In this document: positions 1-10,586 of the stretch, piece by piece
How positions within the stretch are numbered: position 1 is the stretch's first letter
How the letters are laid out: the number at the start of each line of letters is the position of its first letter
DNA from: Candidatus Hodarchaeota archaeon
Lineage (GTDB): Archaea > Asgardarchaeota > Lokiarchaeia > Sigyniarchaeales > SOKP01
DNA: 64,000 nucleotides
Direction: 5' to 3'
Assembly (NCBI GenBank): GCA_048887225.1
Contig: JBHLJY010000006.1
Location: 78,238 to 142,237 of the forward strand
The notes under the pieces: model-generated
The model's database searches: none
Told to the model about the DNA's origin: nothing
What the model saw: the letters and a program-made list of their open reading frames with translations, nothing else
Translations under genes and position numbers: made by a program

Positions 1-263
1 CCAAGAAATCCGTGAATATAAACAAGATTTTTTCCTTTACCTTTATCTATATAATTTATTTTATATCCCTTATCAATTTCTACAGTTGGCATAAAAATCT
101 TTTTTTTTTTAATTTTTCAACTTAAATTAAGTTTATTTTTAAGAGAAATATTTTAATAGACTATAAATAGCTTATAATTTGTTGACCCAATATAAATAAA
201 TTATGTATTTTTATTTTAGGTAGTTTAACTTAAGAACCTAAGATTATATATAAGTGAAAAAAT

Positions 264-1373
264 ATGTCTAAAAAATTTTGGTATAAGGTGGCAAGAACTA
301 TTGTAAAGGCTGGAGCGTTTCCTTTCCCTATTACAGATACTCTCATTGAATTTTTACAAACCGTGATCACAGAAGAACAAGCAAAATTTATCTTGATTTT
401 TAAGAAATCCTCTTTAAATATTGATCAAATTAAAGCAAGAACTGATTTAGACGACGATGAATTAGATAAAATGCTGAATGAATTAATGCACAATGGAATA
501 GTAATCAGTGCTCCCAGCAGAAGTACTGGTATAATGGTTTACCGCCTCATGGGCCCATATCCAGGTATTTTTGAATACTCGTTAATGAGAGGTAAAACGG
601 ACGATAGATATAAAAAATTAGCACAATTAGCAGAAAGGTTATTTGATGAATTAGGTGCGAAATCTCAGCAGAATTATGAGAGTATCTCAAAATTGTATAA
701 ACAAGTACCTGCGGTTGATAGAACCGTTCCAGTTGAAAAAGAGGTTGAAGTTGGTACTGAAGTCGTTATGCCTTACGAAGAAATAGAAAAATATTTAGAT
801 GAATATGGAAAAGAAGAAAATAATATTGCCGTTGCTCACTGTTATTGTAGACATGAGCGCGATCTTCTCAATAATCCCTGCAAACTTGGAGCCCCAAAAG
901 TAAATTGCTTTCTTTTTGATAAATCCGCTAAATATGCCATTGAACGTGGCTTTGCGAGTCCTATTTCAAAAGAGGATGCTATGAAAATTTTTAGAGAAGC
1001 TGAAGATTACGGGCTTGTTCATAAAGTTTTTCATGTTCATTCTGATCCAGAAAAAGGGATTGAAGCAATGTGTAATTGTTGCAAATGTTGTTGCGGAATT
1101 TTTCAAATGTATACCCGAGGCGTGACACCATTTCATACAATTAGTTCTTACATATCGAGAGTTAGCGAAGACGATTGCGTTGGCTGTGGAACATGTGTAG
1201 AAAAGTGTCCTTTGGAAGCTGTCGAATTAGAGGATTCCATTGCTGTAGTAAATAAAGATTTATGTATAGGATGCGGTGTTTGTGCCCATCATTGTTCTGA
1301 AGAAGCAATACATCTTGAAAGGATAGGTCCTAGAGATGTATATATTCCTCTGAAAAAAATCACGATAAATTAA
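264..1373 (+). CDS. 4Fe-4S dicluster protein with N-terminal wHTH-like region and Cys-rich CNCCKCCC motif
   Basis: HCYCRH and CNCCKCCCG motifs, two C-terminal CxxCxxCxxxC(P/S) ferredoxin motifs; paralog at 63531-64000. Confidence 0.8.
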   Translation: MSKKFWYKVARTIVKAGAFPFPITDTLIEFLQTVITEEQAKFILIFKKSSLNIDQIKARTDLDDDELDKMLNELMHNGIVISAPSRSTGIMVYRLMGPYPGIFEYSLMRGKTDDRYKKLAQLAERLFDELGAKSQQNYESISKLYKQVPAVDRTVPVEKEVEVGTEVVMPYEEIEKYLDEYGKEENNIAVAHCYCRHERDLLNNPCKLGAPKVNCFLFDKSAKYAIERGFASPISKEDAMKIFREAEDYGLVHKVFHVHSDPEKGIEAMCNCCKCCCGIFQMYTRGVTPFHTISSYISRVSEDDCVGCGTCVEKCPLEAVELEDSIAVVNKDLCIGCGVCAHHCSEEAIHLERIGPRDVYIPLKKITIN

Positions 1374-1475
1374 AACATTTATTTGCTTTAGTAAATTTTT
1401 CTCTTCAAAATTAAAGATTTGTTTGTTCATTATAGATGATCATAACATATCAAATTTAAAAAAAGGTGGAATTTA

Positions 1476-2789
1476 ATGTCAAGAAGAGATATTGCTTGGT
1501 ACGAGAATGAAGAATTAAAAACATTATATCTAAAAGCAGCTACTCAGGCTTTTACAGGATATCATTGTCCAATTTCCTCGCCAAAAATAACTTATGTGGG
1601 AACAAATAGCTTAATAGATTTAATTAATCAATCAGCAGCTTGTTTGCCTGCTGACAATAAGCGTGTTTTAATCGTAGTTGATAAGGATCTGAGAAAATTC
1701 GCAGAAAATGTAGCTGAAAAGTTAGATTCATTAAAAGGCATTGACAGCAAAATTTTTGATAATATTCATCCTGATGTACCAAAAAATACGGTTTTTGACG
1801 GTGTTAAAGCATGTGAAGAATACGACCCGAAAGGTATGATTGTGATAGGGGGAGGTTCAGCAATGGATACTGCTAAAATGATTTTATTATTTTATGAACA
1901 ACCCAATATCAACCTAAATAATTTAATGGTTCCAAGTTATTTAGGATTGCGTAAAAAGATATATTATATGGCAGCCATACCTACTACTAGTGGAACGGGA
2001 TCTGAAGCAACACCTCTATCGGTAATAACAGATACAGATAGGGACCCCCCTAAAAAAACTGTAGTATATGCTTATGAACTTGTTTTTGATTTTGTTGCCT
2101 TATATCCCGAATTTGTAAAAACGATGCCTCCATACTTAACTATGGGAACAGGAATGGACGCTTTAGCACACGCAATGGGTGCTCTTGTTCTAAACAGAAG
2201 TAATGTTTTCTGCGATATGCATGATTTAAAAGCTATTGAATTAATTTTAAAGTATCTTCCACGAGCTGTAAAAAGAGGAAATGATATGGAAGCTCGAGAA
2301 AAAATGCAATGGGCAGCATATATTGCTGGAATCGGTTTTGGCAATATTTCTGCCGGGGTTGAACATTCATTAGGACACTCATTTGGTGCTTTATTTCATA
2401 TTCATCATGGTGTGTCTGTGGGGATCTTTCTGGCTCCTTCAGTAGCTTATCAATCAAAAGTTACTGATCGAGTTTTAGAGATTGCGAAAGTATGGGATAT
2501 TGAAACAAAGAATAGGAAAAAAGATGAGATCTTGAGAGAATTATTTGAAAAATTACAGACATTTATGAAAAAAATAGGGGCTCCTGTATCTATTCAAGAG
2601 ATTGAGAGACCAAAGAAAATAAGTCGAGAAGAATACATAAAAAAAATAGAAAAAATGGTTGATTATACCTATAGAGACATTGATACATTATTTTCTACCC
2701 GGAAATTGGATCCTCCCCAAATTCGGAAGATATTAGAAATTGCTTATGAAAATAAAATAGAAGATTTAATGGAATTATATTATAAGTAA
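1476..2789 (+). CDS. Iron-containing (type III) alcohol dehydrogenase
   Basis: GGGSAMDTAK, PTTSGTGSE, DALAH, HSLGH and HHG metal-ligand motifs. Confidence 0.92.
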   Translation: MSRRDIAWYENEELKTLYLKAATQAFTGYHCPISSPKITYVGTNSLIDLINQSAACLPADNKRVLIVVDKDLRKFAENVAEKLDSLKGIDSKIFDNIHPDVPKNTVFDGVKACEEYDPKGMIVIGGGSAMDTAKMILLFYEQPNINLNNLMVPSYLGLRKKIYYMAAIPTTSGTGSEATPLSVITDTDRDPPKKTVVYAYELVFDFVALYPEFVKTMPPYLTMGTGMDALAHAMGALVLNRSNVFCDMHDLKAIELILKYLPRAVKRGNDMEAREKMQWAAYIAGIGFGNISAGVEHSLGHSFGALFHIHHGVSVGIFLAPSVAYQSKVTDRVLEIAKVWDIETKNRKKDEILRELFEKLQTFMKKIGAPVSIQEIERPKKISREEYIKKIEKMVDYTYRDIDTLFSTRKLDPPQIRKILEIAYENKIEDLMELYYK

Positions 2790-2801
2790 GAGAGATAAGA
2801 A

Positions 2802-4664
2802 ATGAGTGAAAAATTATTAGGTTATAATGGAAAAATTGCTTATATAGATTTAAACAAATTGAAAGTAGAAATAAAAGACCTTGATCCTAAAATAGCTGAA
2901 GATTATATTGGTGGAGTGGGATTATCAGCGAAAATTATTTATGATTTGCTGTCTGATGCTGATTATGAAACATTAAAAAAAGACCCGCTTTCAAGTATTA
3001 ATCCGCTAGTTTTCGCAACGGGACCATTGACAGGATCAACAACACCTTCCAGTAGTAGATATTCTGTTTCAAGTATCTCTCCTTTAACGGGTATTTGGGG
3101 TGAATCCACATCAGGAGGTTTTTTTCCCATAGCTTTAAAAAGATCTGGATTTGATGCTATTGTAATAACAGGAGAATCCAATAAACCCATATATATCTAT
3201 ATTGAAAATGGAGAAGTCCAATTTAAAGAAGCTAATACGATTTGGGGAAAAAATACTAAAGAAACAATCGAAACTATTAAAAAAGAACTTAACGATGACC
3301 GAATACGCGTAGCTTGTATAGGTAAAGCGGGAGAAAACTTAGTAAAATACTCAGCTATTATTAATGATGAAGGAAGGGCCACTGGAAGATGTGGAATGGG
3401 TACATTAATGGGTAAGAAAAAATTAAAAGCTTTAGCAATTAAAGGAAATCAAAATATTGAATACGCTGATAGAAATGCACTAATAGAAAGTGGAAAAACT
3501 GCTCTAAAAGGTATTAAAGGCATTTTTCAGTATAATTTTATATCTCACTATGGAACTTTATGTTATACAGATATAGGAGCGATTTTTGGAGATGTACCTG
3601 TTAATTATTTTACAGAAACGGAATTTCTCGCAGAAAAATTAACTGGAAGAGCTTTAAAAGAGCAATACCCTGTTCTAAGTTATGCTTGCGCTGGATGTAC
3701 AATTGGATGTGGACGGACAACTATTGCAGAGATAGATGGAGTAGAAACTGAAATTGATGGTCCTGAATATGAAACAACAATGACTTTCGGTCCTTTATGT
3801 GGGATCATTGATTTTGAGCATGTACTTAAATGTAATCATATTAGTAATTTAGAAGGAGTTGATACAATTTCCAGTGGAGTTTCTATAGCTTTTTTAATTT
3901 ATCTTGTTGAAAATAAAATTGCTCTCGATAATATTTCAAAATATTTATCAAATATCAAATTAGAAGAAATTTATTGGGCAAATGAAGAAGTTGTAATAAA
4001 ACTATTAAATCAAATTATAAACAGAGAAGGAATAGGAGATCTCCTTGCTGAAGGCGTAAGAATTATGGCTGAAAAACTTGGTGTTGACCCTGACTTAGCG
4101 GCTCATGTAAAAGGTTTAGAAATACCTATGCATGATCCAAGAGCATATTTAGGACAAGCCCTTAGCTACATGACTGCATGTGTTGGAGCGAATCATTGTA
4201 AAGGAGATTTCTATGCTATTGATAGTGAATTTTTTTCATTTGGGAAAATACGGAGTGGTGATCGGTTTAAAATCGACGGCCGAGAACCATTAGTTATAGA
4301 ACTTCAAGATTTAAGAAGCGTTTACGACTCAGCCGTTACTTGTGTCTGGGCAGCTATTAATATAGCAAATTACTCCAAATTATTAAAAGCCTCAACCGGA
4401 TGTAAGAGTTTAGGAAATAAGAAAAAGGTGATTATAGCAGGAGAGCGAGCGAATAATCTCAAAAGATTAATCTCTTGTAAGTTAGGTTGTAAGAGAGAAG
4501 ATGATTATTTACCAAAAATTGTTACAGAAGCTTTAAAAAGTGGAAGTAGTGCTGGTATTAAAGTTGATTTAGAAGATAACCTAAAGACTTATTATCAAAT
4601 CCGAGGTTGGGACTGGGAAACAGGCTGGCCAACTAAAGAAAAATTAGATGAATTAGGAATATAA
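2802..4664 (+). CDS. aor: Tungsten-dependent aldehyde:ferredoxin oxidoreductase family protein
   Basis: SPLTG..GES..GG, GRCGMGTLMG.KKLKA, CAGCTIGC, DGPEYET, KGLEIPMHDPR, YYQIRGWD motifs. Confidence 0.92.
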   Translation: MSEKLLGYNGKIAYIDLNKLKVEIKDLDPKIAEDYIGGVGLSAKIIYDLLSDADYETLKKDPLSSINPLVFATGPLTGSTTPSSSRYSVSSISPLTGIWGESTSGGFFPIALKRSGFDAIVITGESNKPIYIYIENGEVQFKEANTIWGKNTKETIETIKKELNDDRIRVACIGKAGENLVKYSAIINDEGRATGRCGMGTLMGKKKLKALAIKGNQNIEYADRNALIESGKTALKGIKGIFQYNFISHYGTLCYTDIGAIFGDVPVNYFTETEFLAEKLTGRALKEQYPVLSYACAGCTIGCGRTTIAEIDGVETEIDGPEYETTMTFGPLCGIIDFEHVLKCNHISNLEGVDTISSGVSIAFLIYLVENKIALDNISKYLSNIKLEEIYWANEEVVIKLLNQIINREGIGDLLAEGVRIMAEKLGVDPDLAAHVKGLEIPMHDPRAYLGQALSYMTACVGANHCKGDFYAIDSEFFSFGKIRSGDRFKIDGREPLVIELQDLRSVYDSAVTCVWAAINIANYSKLLKASTGCKSLGNKKKVIIAGERANNLKRLISCKLGCKREDDYLPKIVTEALKSGSSAGIKVDLEDNLKTYYQIRGWDWETGWPTKEKLDELGI

Positions 4665-4702
4665 ATTCTTATTAGCTTTTTATTTTTATTTTGTTTTTAA
4701 AT

Positions 4703-5899
4703 TTATGTTAGAGTTAAATCCAGATGTATATCTGTTATTGGGTAAGATATACATGGGTGGAGATAACCGAAAATTTGGTCTACTTCTCGAATGGTTACCT
4801 CAGGTGGCACAAAAACGTTTCCCGATACTAATTTTGTTCTGCAAAAAGCACAAGCACCCGAACGACATCCACTATTGATTAAATAACCCAATTCTTTTGT
4901 TCTCTCTAGACTATTCAATAAAGGTTCAGTACACGACGCTTCAAAAACTTTTTGTTCCTTCCTGCCTTGACTTATAAAATCTACTGTAATTTGAATTTCT
5001 TTAGTTGCGTCAATTTCTTTAGGCCAACCCATTATTTTTGTTATATCTTCAGGAACTCCATATGCTTCGTAAAGAATACGGTGTTTCGGGACTCCCATCG
5101 CTTCTAATTCACCTTGTATAAACATATACATATCTCTATTTCCAACGACATAGAAATATTTTTCTTTAATAGAACCAGTATATTTTGAGATTATATCTTT
5201 AGTTATAAAACCACATTCTCCTGCCCAATCTGGATCTGCTGAAAGCACATATTCAACTTTAATATTAGGTCTTCTATTCTGAATTTCTTCTAAATCCTCT
5301 CGAAATAATATATCTGTTTCCGTCAAACACCCAAAAATCAACACAACATTTAAGGAAAACATCCTCTCAGTGATATTTCTTAACATAGACATGAAAGGAG
5401 TTATACCAGATCCGCCGGCGATAAATACTAAATTATCACCATGAAAAATTGGATTATAATAGAAATTTCCCATAGGTTCTGTTGCCTCAATTATATCACC
5501 AATTTTTAGATTATCAAGGAGATAGGGGCTAACAAATCCTCCTTCTTTTCTTTTAATACCTAGCTCGTAATATGCAAGTTGATTTGGAGAAGATACAATA
5601 GAAAAAGGACGGGAAGTTCTGACGCCATTAATTTCTACTGTAAGTCCAATGTATTGCCCAGCACGGAACGGTGCTAAAGCTTTTTTAGGTTCTGCAGAGA
5701 TAAATCGGAATAGCTTTGTATCGTGCGAAAGGCTTTCAATGTCGGTTACCTGCAATAATTGCTTTTCTGGATGTATTCGATCACATAGGTTTTCTAATCC
5801 ATCAAAATACCACGGTATTGGTTGAACCTCGTCTCTCCATTTCTTTAATTTCTCTGCTTTCCTATATTTTTTTATATCTTGATTTATATCATTATACAA
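4703..5899 (-). CDS. FAD/NAD(P)H-binding reductase with C-terminal 2Fe-2S domain (PaaE/KshB-like)
   Basis: RPFSIVS FAD motif, IAGGSGITPF NAD motif, GCRSGACAFC...C 2Fe-2S motif. Confidence 0.88.
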   Translation of the reverse strand: MYNDINQDIKKYRKAEKLKKWRDEVQPIPWYFDGLENLCDRIHPEKQLLQVTDIESLSHDTKLFRFISAEPKKALAPFRAGQYIGLTVEINGVRTSRPFSIVSSPNQLAYYELGIKRKEGGFVSPYLLDNLKIGDIIEATEPMGNFYYNPIFHGDNLVFIAGGSGITPFMSMLRNITERMFSLNVVLIFGCLTETDILFREDLEEIQNRRPNIKVEYVLSADPDWAGECGFITKDIISKYTGSIKEKYFYVVGNRDMYMFIQGELEAMGVPKHRILYEAYGVPEDITKIMGWPKEIDATKEIQITVDFISQGRKEQKVFEASCTEPLLNSLERTKELGYLINSGCRSGACAFCRTKLVSGNVFVPPEVTIREVDQIFGYLHPCISYPITDIHLDLTLT

Positions 5900-5903
5900 T
5901 CTT

Positions 5904-7457
5904 TCACCAACTCCCTTCTTTTTTATCTTCTAAATACATTCCAGCAGCAATCCTTCCGCTAAGAATGGTAGTTGAATAACCACCACCAAAATTCGTCCAT
6001 GAACCTACTTGATATAGTCCAGGGATAGCACCTCGACTTTTTAATCGAAGTAGTGGACCATTTAAAATATCTTGCGTATATCCATATACAGCTCCATCCA
6101 TATTCTTTGAATATCGATAATATGTTAACGGTGTTGCCCCTTCCGCTACTTCGATATAATCACGTAAATTTGGTGATAAAGTTTTTTCTACTGATTCAAC
6201 CATTTTGTCTCCTATAAAATCTTTTATTTTATGATATTGATCAGGAGAGATATTATACCATAGCTTTCCCATCTGAAGTGTAGTGAGAACAAGTTGAGTA
6301 GTTCCAGGAGGAGATATAGTATCATCAACATGATTATAACAAGCCGCTACAATATATTTTGGAGGTTTTAATTTCTTGAATGTCTCGTAAGCTTCATTCA
6401 TATCATAGGTTTCGTTAATGAATGTTTCATGAGCGTCTAATCCTAAATTTTCGGGTGTAGTATTTAGACCCAAATAGACTGAAAAGGCAGAAACGCCTAT
6501 TTCTGGGGCGTATATTTCTTTTTTATAATTATCTGGCACGATTTCTGGCGGAAGCATTTTCATTGTTGTACAAATAGGATTGACATTTGAAATTACAGCT
6601 TTGCAGCGATAAATATCTCCATTGATGAGTTCGACACCACATACACGTCCATTTTCTACAAGAATACGATTTACCAAAGCATTATATCTGATTTCACCGT
6701 TTAAATCCTCAAAGGCTTTTACCATAGCAGTAGTTAGCGCGTGAGATCTTCCTATTGGAAATACAGCACCATGTTTCAAAAATGTAGCTAACATAGCAAC
6801 AAAAATATAGGCATTAAGTCTTATTGGAGGTAAACCAACATACCCCCATATATTACTAATTACCGCAATTAACTTCTGATCTTTAATAAATTTATTGAAG
6901 AGCTCCATAAGAGTTAGCCCAGGGACACGTGCAAGCCAAGGATGTTCTTTAAGAATCTCCTCTTGGGTAAATTTTCCTTGTTTAGACGCAATATAATCAA
7001 TTCCCGCTTGTATTGCTCTACATACTCCAACAAATCCCTCTATCCCCTCTTTCTCAGCGGGAAATAGTTCAATTAATTTTTCAGTATATTCATCGAAGCC
7101 GAAGGGAATTTTTACATCGTATCCATCGTAAAATACACTTCGATATAACTCTGGAACTTGCTTAAATTTAATTTTCATAGGAATGACTCCTAGATTTTCT
7201 AAAAATTTATACAGAGTTCCTTTATTATTTTCAGAGCCAATATCACTTAACTCGTGCAAGGCTCCTTCAAATTCAAATCGTCCTCTAACGAAAGAAGTTG
7301 CAAATCCCCCTGGTACATTGTGTTTTTCAAGCAATAACACTTTTTCTCCCGCAAGAGCAAGCTGACACGCAGCACCAAGACCTCCAAGCCCAGCGCCTGC
7401 GACAATAACAGGATAGGTCGCAATAACTCGACGCTCATATATATTATTTTTTTCCAT
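5904..7457 (-). CDS. Phytoene desaturase / retinol saturase family FAD oxidoreductase
   Basis: GAGLGG Rossmann motif, LEKHNVPGG.ATSF.RG.FEFE, ATPLTY.RY...GAVYG, GLYQVG. Confidence 0.85.
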   Translation of the reverse strand: MEKNNIYERRVIATYPVIVAGAGLGGLGAACQLALAGEKVLLLEKHNVPGGFATSFVRGRFEFEGALHELSDIGSENNKGTLYKFLENLGVIPMKIKFKQVPELYRSVFYDGYDVKIPFGFDEYTEKLIELFPAEKEGIEGFVGVCRAIQAGIDYIASKQGKFTQEEILKEHPWLARVPGLTLMELFNKFIKDQKLIAVISNIWGYVGLPPIRLNAYIFVAMLATFLKHGAVFPIGRSHALTTAMVKAFEDLNGEIRYNALVNRILVENGRVCGVELINGDIYRCKAVISNVNPICTTMKMLPPEIVPDNYKKEIYAPEIGVSAFSVYLGLNTTPENLGLDAHETFINETYDMNEAYETFKKLKPPKYIVAACYNHVDDTISPPGTTQLVLTTLQMGKLWYNISPDQYHKIKDFIGDKMVESVEKTLSPNLRDYIEVAEGATPLTYYRYSKNMDGAVYGYTQDILNGPLLRLKSRGAIPGLYQVGSWTNFGGGYSTTILSGRIAAGMYLEDKKEGSW

Positions 7458-7551
7458 AAAAAATAATTCTATTTGATCGCTTTTAAAGAATTACTTATAT
7501 TAGAGAAAGATGATGTTTTTATAATAGACGATTTTTTTAAAGGAGATAAGT

Positions 7552-7962
7552 TTGGATCAAAAACGGAAAATTCGTGTCCTCATGGCTAAACCTGGTCTGG
7601 ATGGCCATTTTAGAGGAGCTAAAGTAGTTTCAATGGCACTTAGAGATGCAGGAATGGAAGTAATTTATACAGGACTTCAAAAAACGCCAGAGCAAATAAT
7701 CCAAGCTGCCTTGCAAGAGGATGTGGATTGCCTTGGAGTCTCAATTTTAAGTGGCGCTCATATGACACTTGTACCTCGCATTTTAGAGCTCGCGAAAAAA
7801 CAAGGATTATCTGATCGATTAATATTAGTTGGAGGGACCATTGTCTTAGAGGAAGAAATTGAAGCTCTCAAGAAATTAGGAGTAGAAGAAATATTCGGTC
7901 CAGGAACTCCTACAAAAGAGATTGTGGATTATATTTACCGATATTTCGAGAAAACTAAGTAA
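7552..7962 (+). CDS. B12-dependent acyl-CoA mutase, cobalamin-binding small subunit
   Basis: KPGLDGHxRG (DxHxxG), SILSGAH, IFGPGT motifs. Confidence 0.93.
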   Translation: MDQKRKIRVLMAKPGLDGHFRGAKVVSMALRDAGMEVIYTGLQKTPEQIIQAALQEDVDCLGVSILSGAHMTLVPRILELAKKQGLSDRLILVGGTIVLEEEIEALKKLGVEEIFGPGTPTKEIVDYIYRYFEKTK

Positions 7963-8003
7963 TCCATGATATAAATGAGCCAAAAATAACTTTAAGAAAA
8001 AGA

Positions 8004-9671
8004 GTGAAAAAATTGTTTGATAAAGAAAAATTAAAGAATATAAAAAATAATGAAAACTTCTGGAAAAATGCGATTGTTCAAAAATGGATTGAAAGATATG
8101 GTGAAAGAAAAAAAGAGTTTAAAACTACTTCAGGTATAAAGCTAAAAACCATTTATACCCCTACTGATATAGAAAATTTAGATTACTTAAAAGACCTCTC
8201 ATTTCCTACCGTTTATCCATTTACTCGTGGAATTTATCCAAACATGTATAGGGGTCGAATATGGACCATACGGCAAGTAACTGGTTTTGGAAAAGCCGAA
8301 GAAACCAGCAAAAGGCTTTCCTTTTTACATAAAGCAGGACAGACAGGTCTGAACATCGTTTTTGACATGCCTACTCATTTTGCACTTGATTCGGATGATC
8401 CCCTTGCTGAAGGTGAAGTGGGAAAAGAAGGAGTCGCGATTGATACTCTTGAAGATATGGAACATCTCTTCGAAGGAATACCCCTTGATCAAGTAAGTAC
8501 TTCATTGATAACTATTGGAGCAGCACCAATATTATTAGCAATGTATATTGCAACTGCTGAGAAAAGAGGGATACTTCCTGAACAATTAGCAGGCACTATT
8601 CAAAACGATTCCATAACAGCTCTAGCCGTGACTGGCGTTTCCGCCGCATTACGACCCGATCCTTTTATTAGGATCGCCTTAGATACAGCTGAATATTGTA
8701 TTAGAAATATGCCAAAGTGGTATCCATTAAGTATTGTAGGATATCATATACGTGAAGCTGGAGGAAATGCGGTTCAGGAATTAGCTTTCACCTTAGCTAG
8801 TGGTATTGAGTATCTAAGAGAACTTTCAAACAGAGGATTAGACACAGACGATATTGGAAATAAAATAACTTTTTTCTTTGGTGCACACAATAATTTATTC
8901 GAAGAAATCGCAAAATTTCGAGCAGCCAGAAGAATGTGGGCCAAAATTATGAAGGAATGGTTCGGTGCTAAAGATATAAAAGCCATGATTTTAAAATATC
9001 ATGTTCAAACCTGTGGATCTACTTTGATCGCTCCACAACCAGAAACAAACATTATAAGAACAACAATACAAGCTCTAGCAGCAGTATTAGGAGGGGTAAA
9101 CTCCTTACACACGAATTCTATGGATGAAGCTTTAGCTTTACCCACTGAAAAGGCATCAAGAATTGCTGTAAGGACTCAGCAAATACTCGCTTACGAATCA
9201 GGTGTAGCTGATGTAAGTGACCCTTTTGGGGGATCTTATTTCATGGAGGCACTTACCAACGAAGTAGAAGATGAGGCTTATAAATATATCGAAAAAATTG
9301 AGAAAATGGGAGGTATGATAGAAGCTGTGAAAAAAGAATTTATTCAAAATGAGGTTGCACAATCAGCTTATAGGTATCAAAAGGAAATTGAGAAAGGAGA
9401 AAGAATTATTGTTGGATTAAATAAATTTCAGATTAAGGAGGAATTAAAACCTACTCTATTTAAATTAGACCCTATGATTGAACAGAGGCAAATAGAAAGA
9501 GTTCAAAAAATAAGAAAGATGAGAGATAACAATAAGGTCAATGAAGTTTTAAACGATTTCAAGACTAGATTCCATAAAGGTGAAAATATCATGCCACCCC
9601 TTATTAGGGCAGTAAAAAAATATGCAACAATAGGAGAACTCAGCGGAGTATTAAATGTGAGAAGCTTATAA
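8004..9671 (+). CDS. B12-dependent acyl-CoA mutase large subunit (MCM family, atypical specificity residues)
   Basis: YPFTRGIY..MYRGR.WTIRQ, GYHIREAG, EIAKFRAARR, SLHTNSMDEA motifs; the MCM Tyr89 and Arg207 positions are Val and Thr. Confidence 0.93.
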   Translation: MKKLFDKEKLKNIKNNENFWKNAIVQKWIERYGERKKEFKTTSGIKLKTIYTPTDIENLDYLKDLSFPTVYPFTRGIYPNMYRGRIWTIRQVTGFGKAEETSKRLSFLHKAGQTGLNIVFDMPTHFALDSDDPLAEGEVGKEGVAIDTLEDMEHLFEGIPLDQVSTSLITIGAAPILLAMYIATAEKRGILPEQLAGTIQNDSITALAVTGVSAALRPDPFIRIALDTAEYCIRNMPKWYPLSIVGYHIREAGGNAVQELAFTLASGIEYLRELSNRGLDTDDIGNKITFFFGAHNNLFEEIAKFRAARRMWAKIMKEWFGAKDIKAMILKYHVQTCGSTLIAPQPETNIIRTTIQALAAVLGGVNSLHTNSMDEALALPTEKASRIAVRTQQILAYESGVADVSDPFGGSYFMEALTNEVEDEAYKYIEKIEKMGGMIEAVKKEFIQNEVAQSAYRYQKEIEKGERIIVGLNKFQIKEELKPTLFKLDPMIEQRQIERVQKIRKMRDNNKVNEVLNDFKTRFHKGENIMPPLIRAVKKYATIGELSGVLNVRSL

Positions 9672-9684
9672 ATTAAAGAGTCAA

Positions 9685-10506
9685 TTAACGTCCAATAAAT
9701 ACTGAATCTCTTTTTTCTTTAAGTGCTTCCATCGATTCTCTAAAATCATGAGTTGTCAATGTTTTTCTTAAAGCTCTATTTTCCTTATCTAAAGTCTTGC
9801 TCAATATGTCATAAAAGTAGCTATGTATTGTTTTTTTCATTAATTTAATTGAGAAACTAGGACCTTTAGGAGGTATTAATCTTAATGCTTGTTCTCGAGC
9901 GTAAGGCATTAACTCTTCTTTAGGTAAGACTTTATTTACTAAACCAAGTTCAAGAGCCTGCTGAGCAGTAATATTATCACCGAAATAACAAAGTTCTTTG
10001 GCCCTTTGAAATCCCATTAAGAAAGGTAAAAGAAAAGATGAAGCAAATTCCTGAATTATCCCTCTTCTCACAAAATATAATCCCATCCAAGCATCTTCAG
10101 CCATATAGATCAAATCGGCTCCAATTAAGGGAAGAGTAACACCACCACCAATTGCCATTCCATTAATGGCTGCAATCACTGGTTTGGGAAAATTCCAGAA
10201 TTTTAAAGCTAATTTCTTTTGAGCAACATCCATTAAATCAATCTCAGGATATTTTCTCATTTGGTGGAAAACTTCTTTTCTAAAATATGCTCCAGATGTG
10301 AAAGCATTCCCTTTTGGATCCCCTGTAATAATTAAAACTTTTGTATTTTTGTCGTTCTCCATATCATCTAAAAGATAATACATCTCGTGGAAAGTTAAAA
10401 GAGTCATAGCATTTCGTCTTTCAGGTCTACTAATAATTGCTGTACAAATTCCATTATCTTCCTTTTTACATATAATATCTTCAAAATCTTCTATCTTTAC
10501 CATCAA
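9685..10506 (-). CDS. Crotonase family enoyl-CoA isomerase/hydratase (PaaG/ECI2-like)
   Basis: RPERRNA, KPVIAAING.AIGGG; lacks both hydratase Glu residues and has an acidic residue in GIIQEF; close paralog at 42185-43009. Confidence 0.85.
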   Translation of the reverse strand: MMVKIEDFEDIICKKEDNGICTAIISRPERRNAMTLLTFHEMYYLLDDMENDKNTKVLIITGDPKGNAFTSGAYFRKEVFHQMRKYPEIDLMDVAQKKLALKFWNFPKPVIAAINGMAIGGGVTLPLIGADLIYMAEDAWMGLYFVRRGIIQEFASSFLLPFLMGFQRAKELCYFGDNITAQQALELGLVNKVLPKEELMPYAREQALRLIPPKGPSFSIKLMKKTIHSYFYDILSKTLDKENRALRKTLTTHDFRESMEALKEKRDSVFIGR

Positions 10507-10586
10507 AACTCAACATTTCAGAATATTATTATTAATAATTTGCTGCATTAGTTTAATATTTTGAATGCAATTTTACAAGGTTAAAT

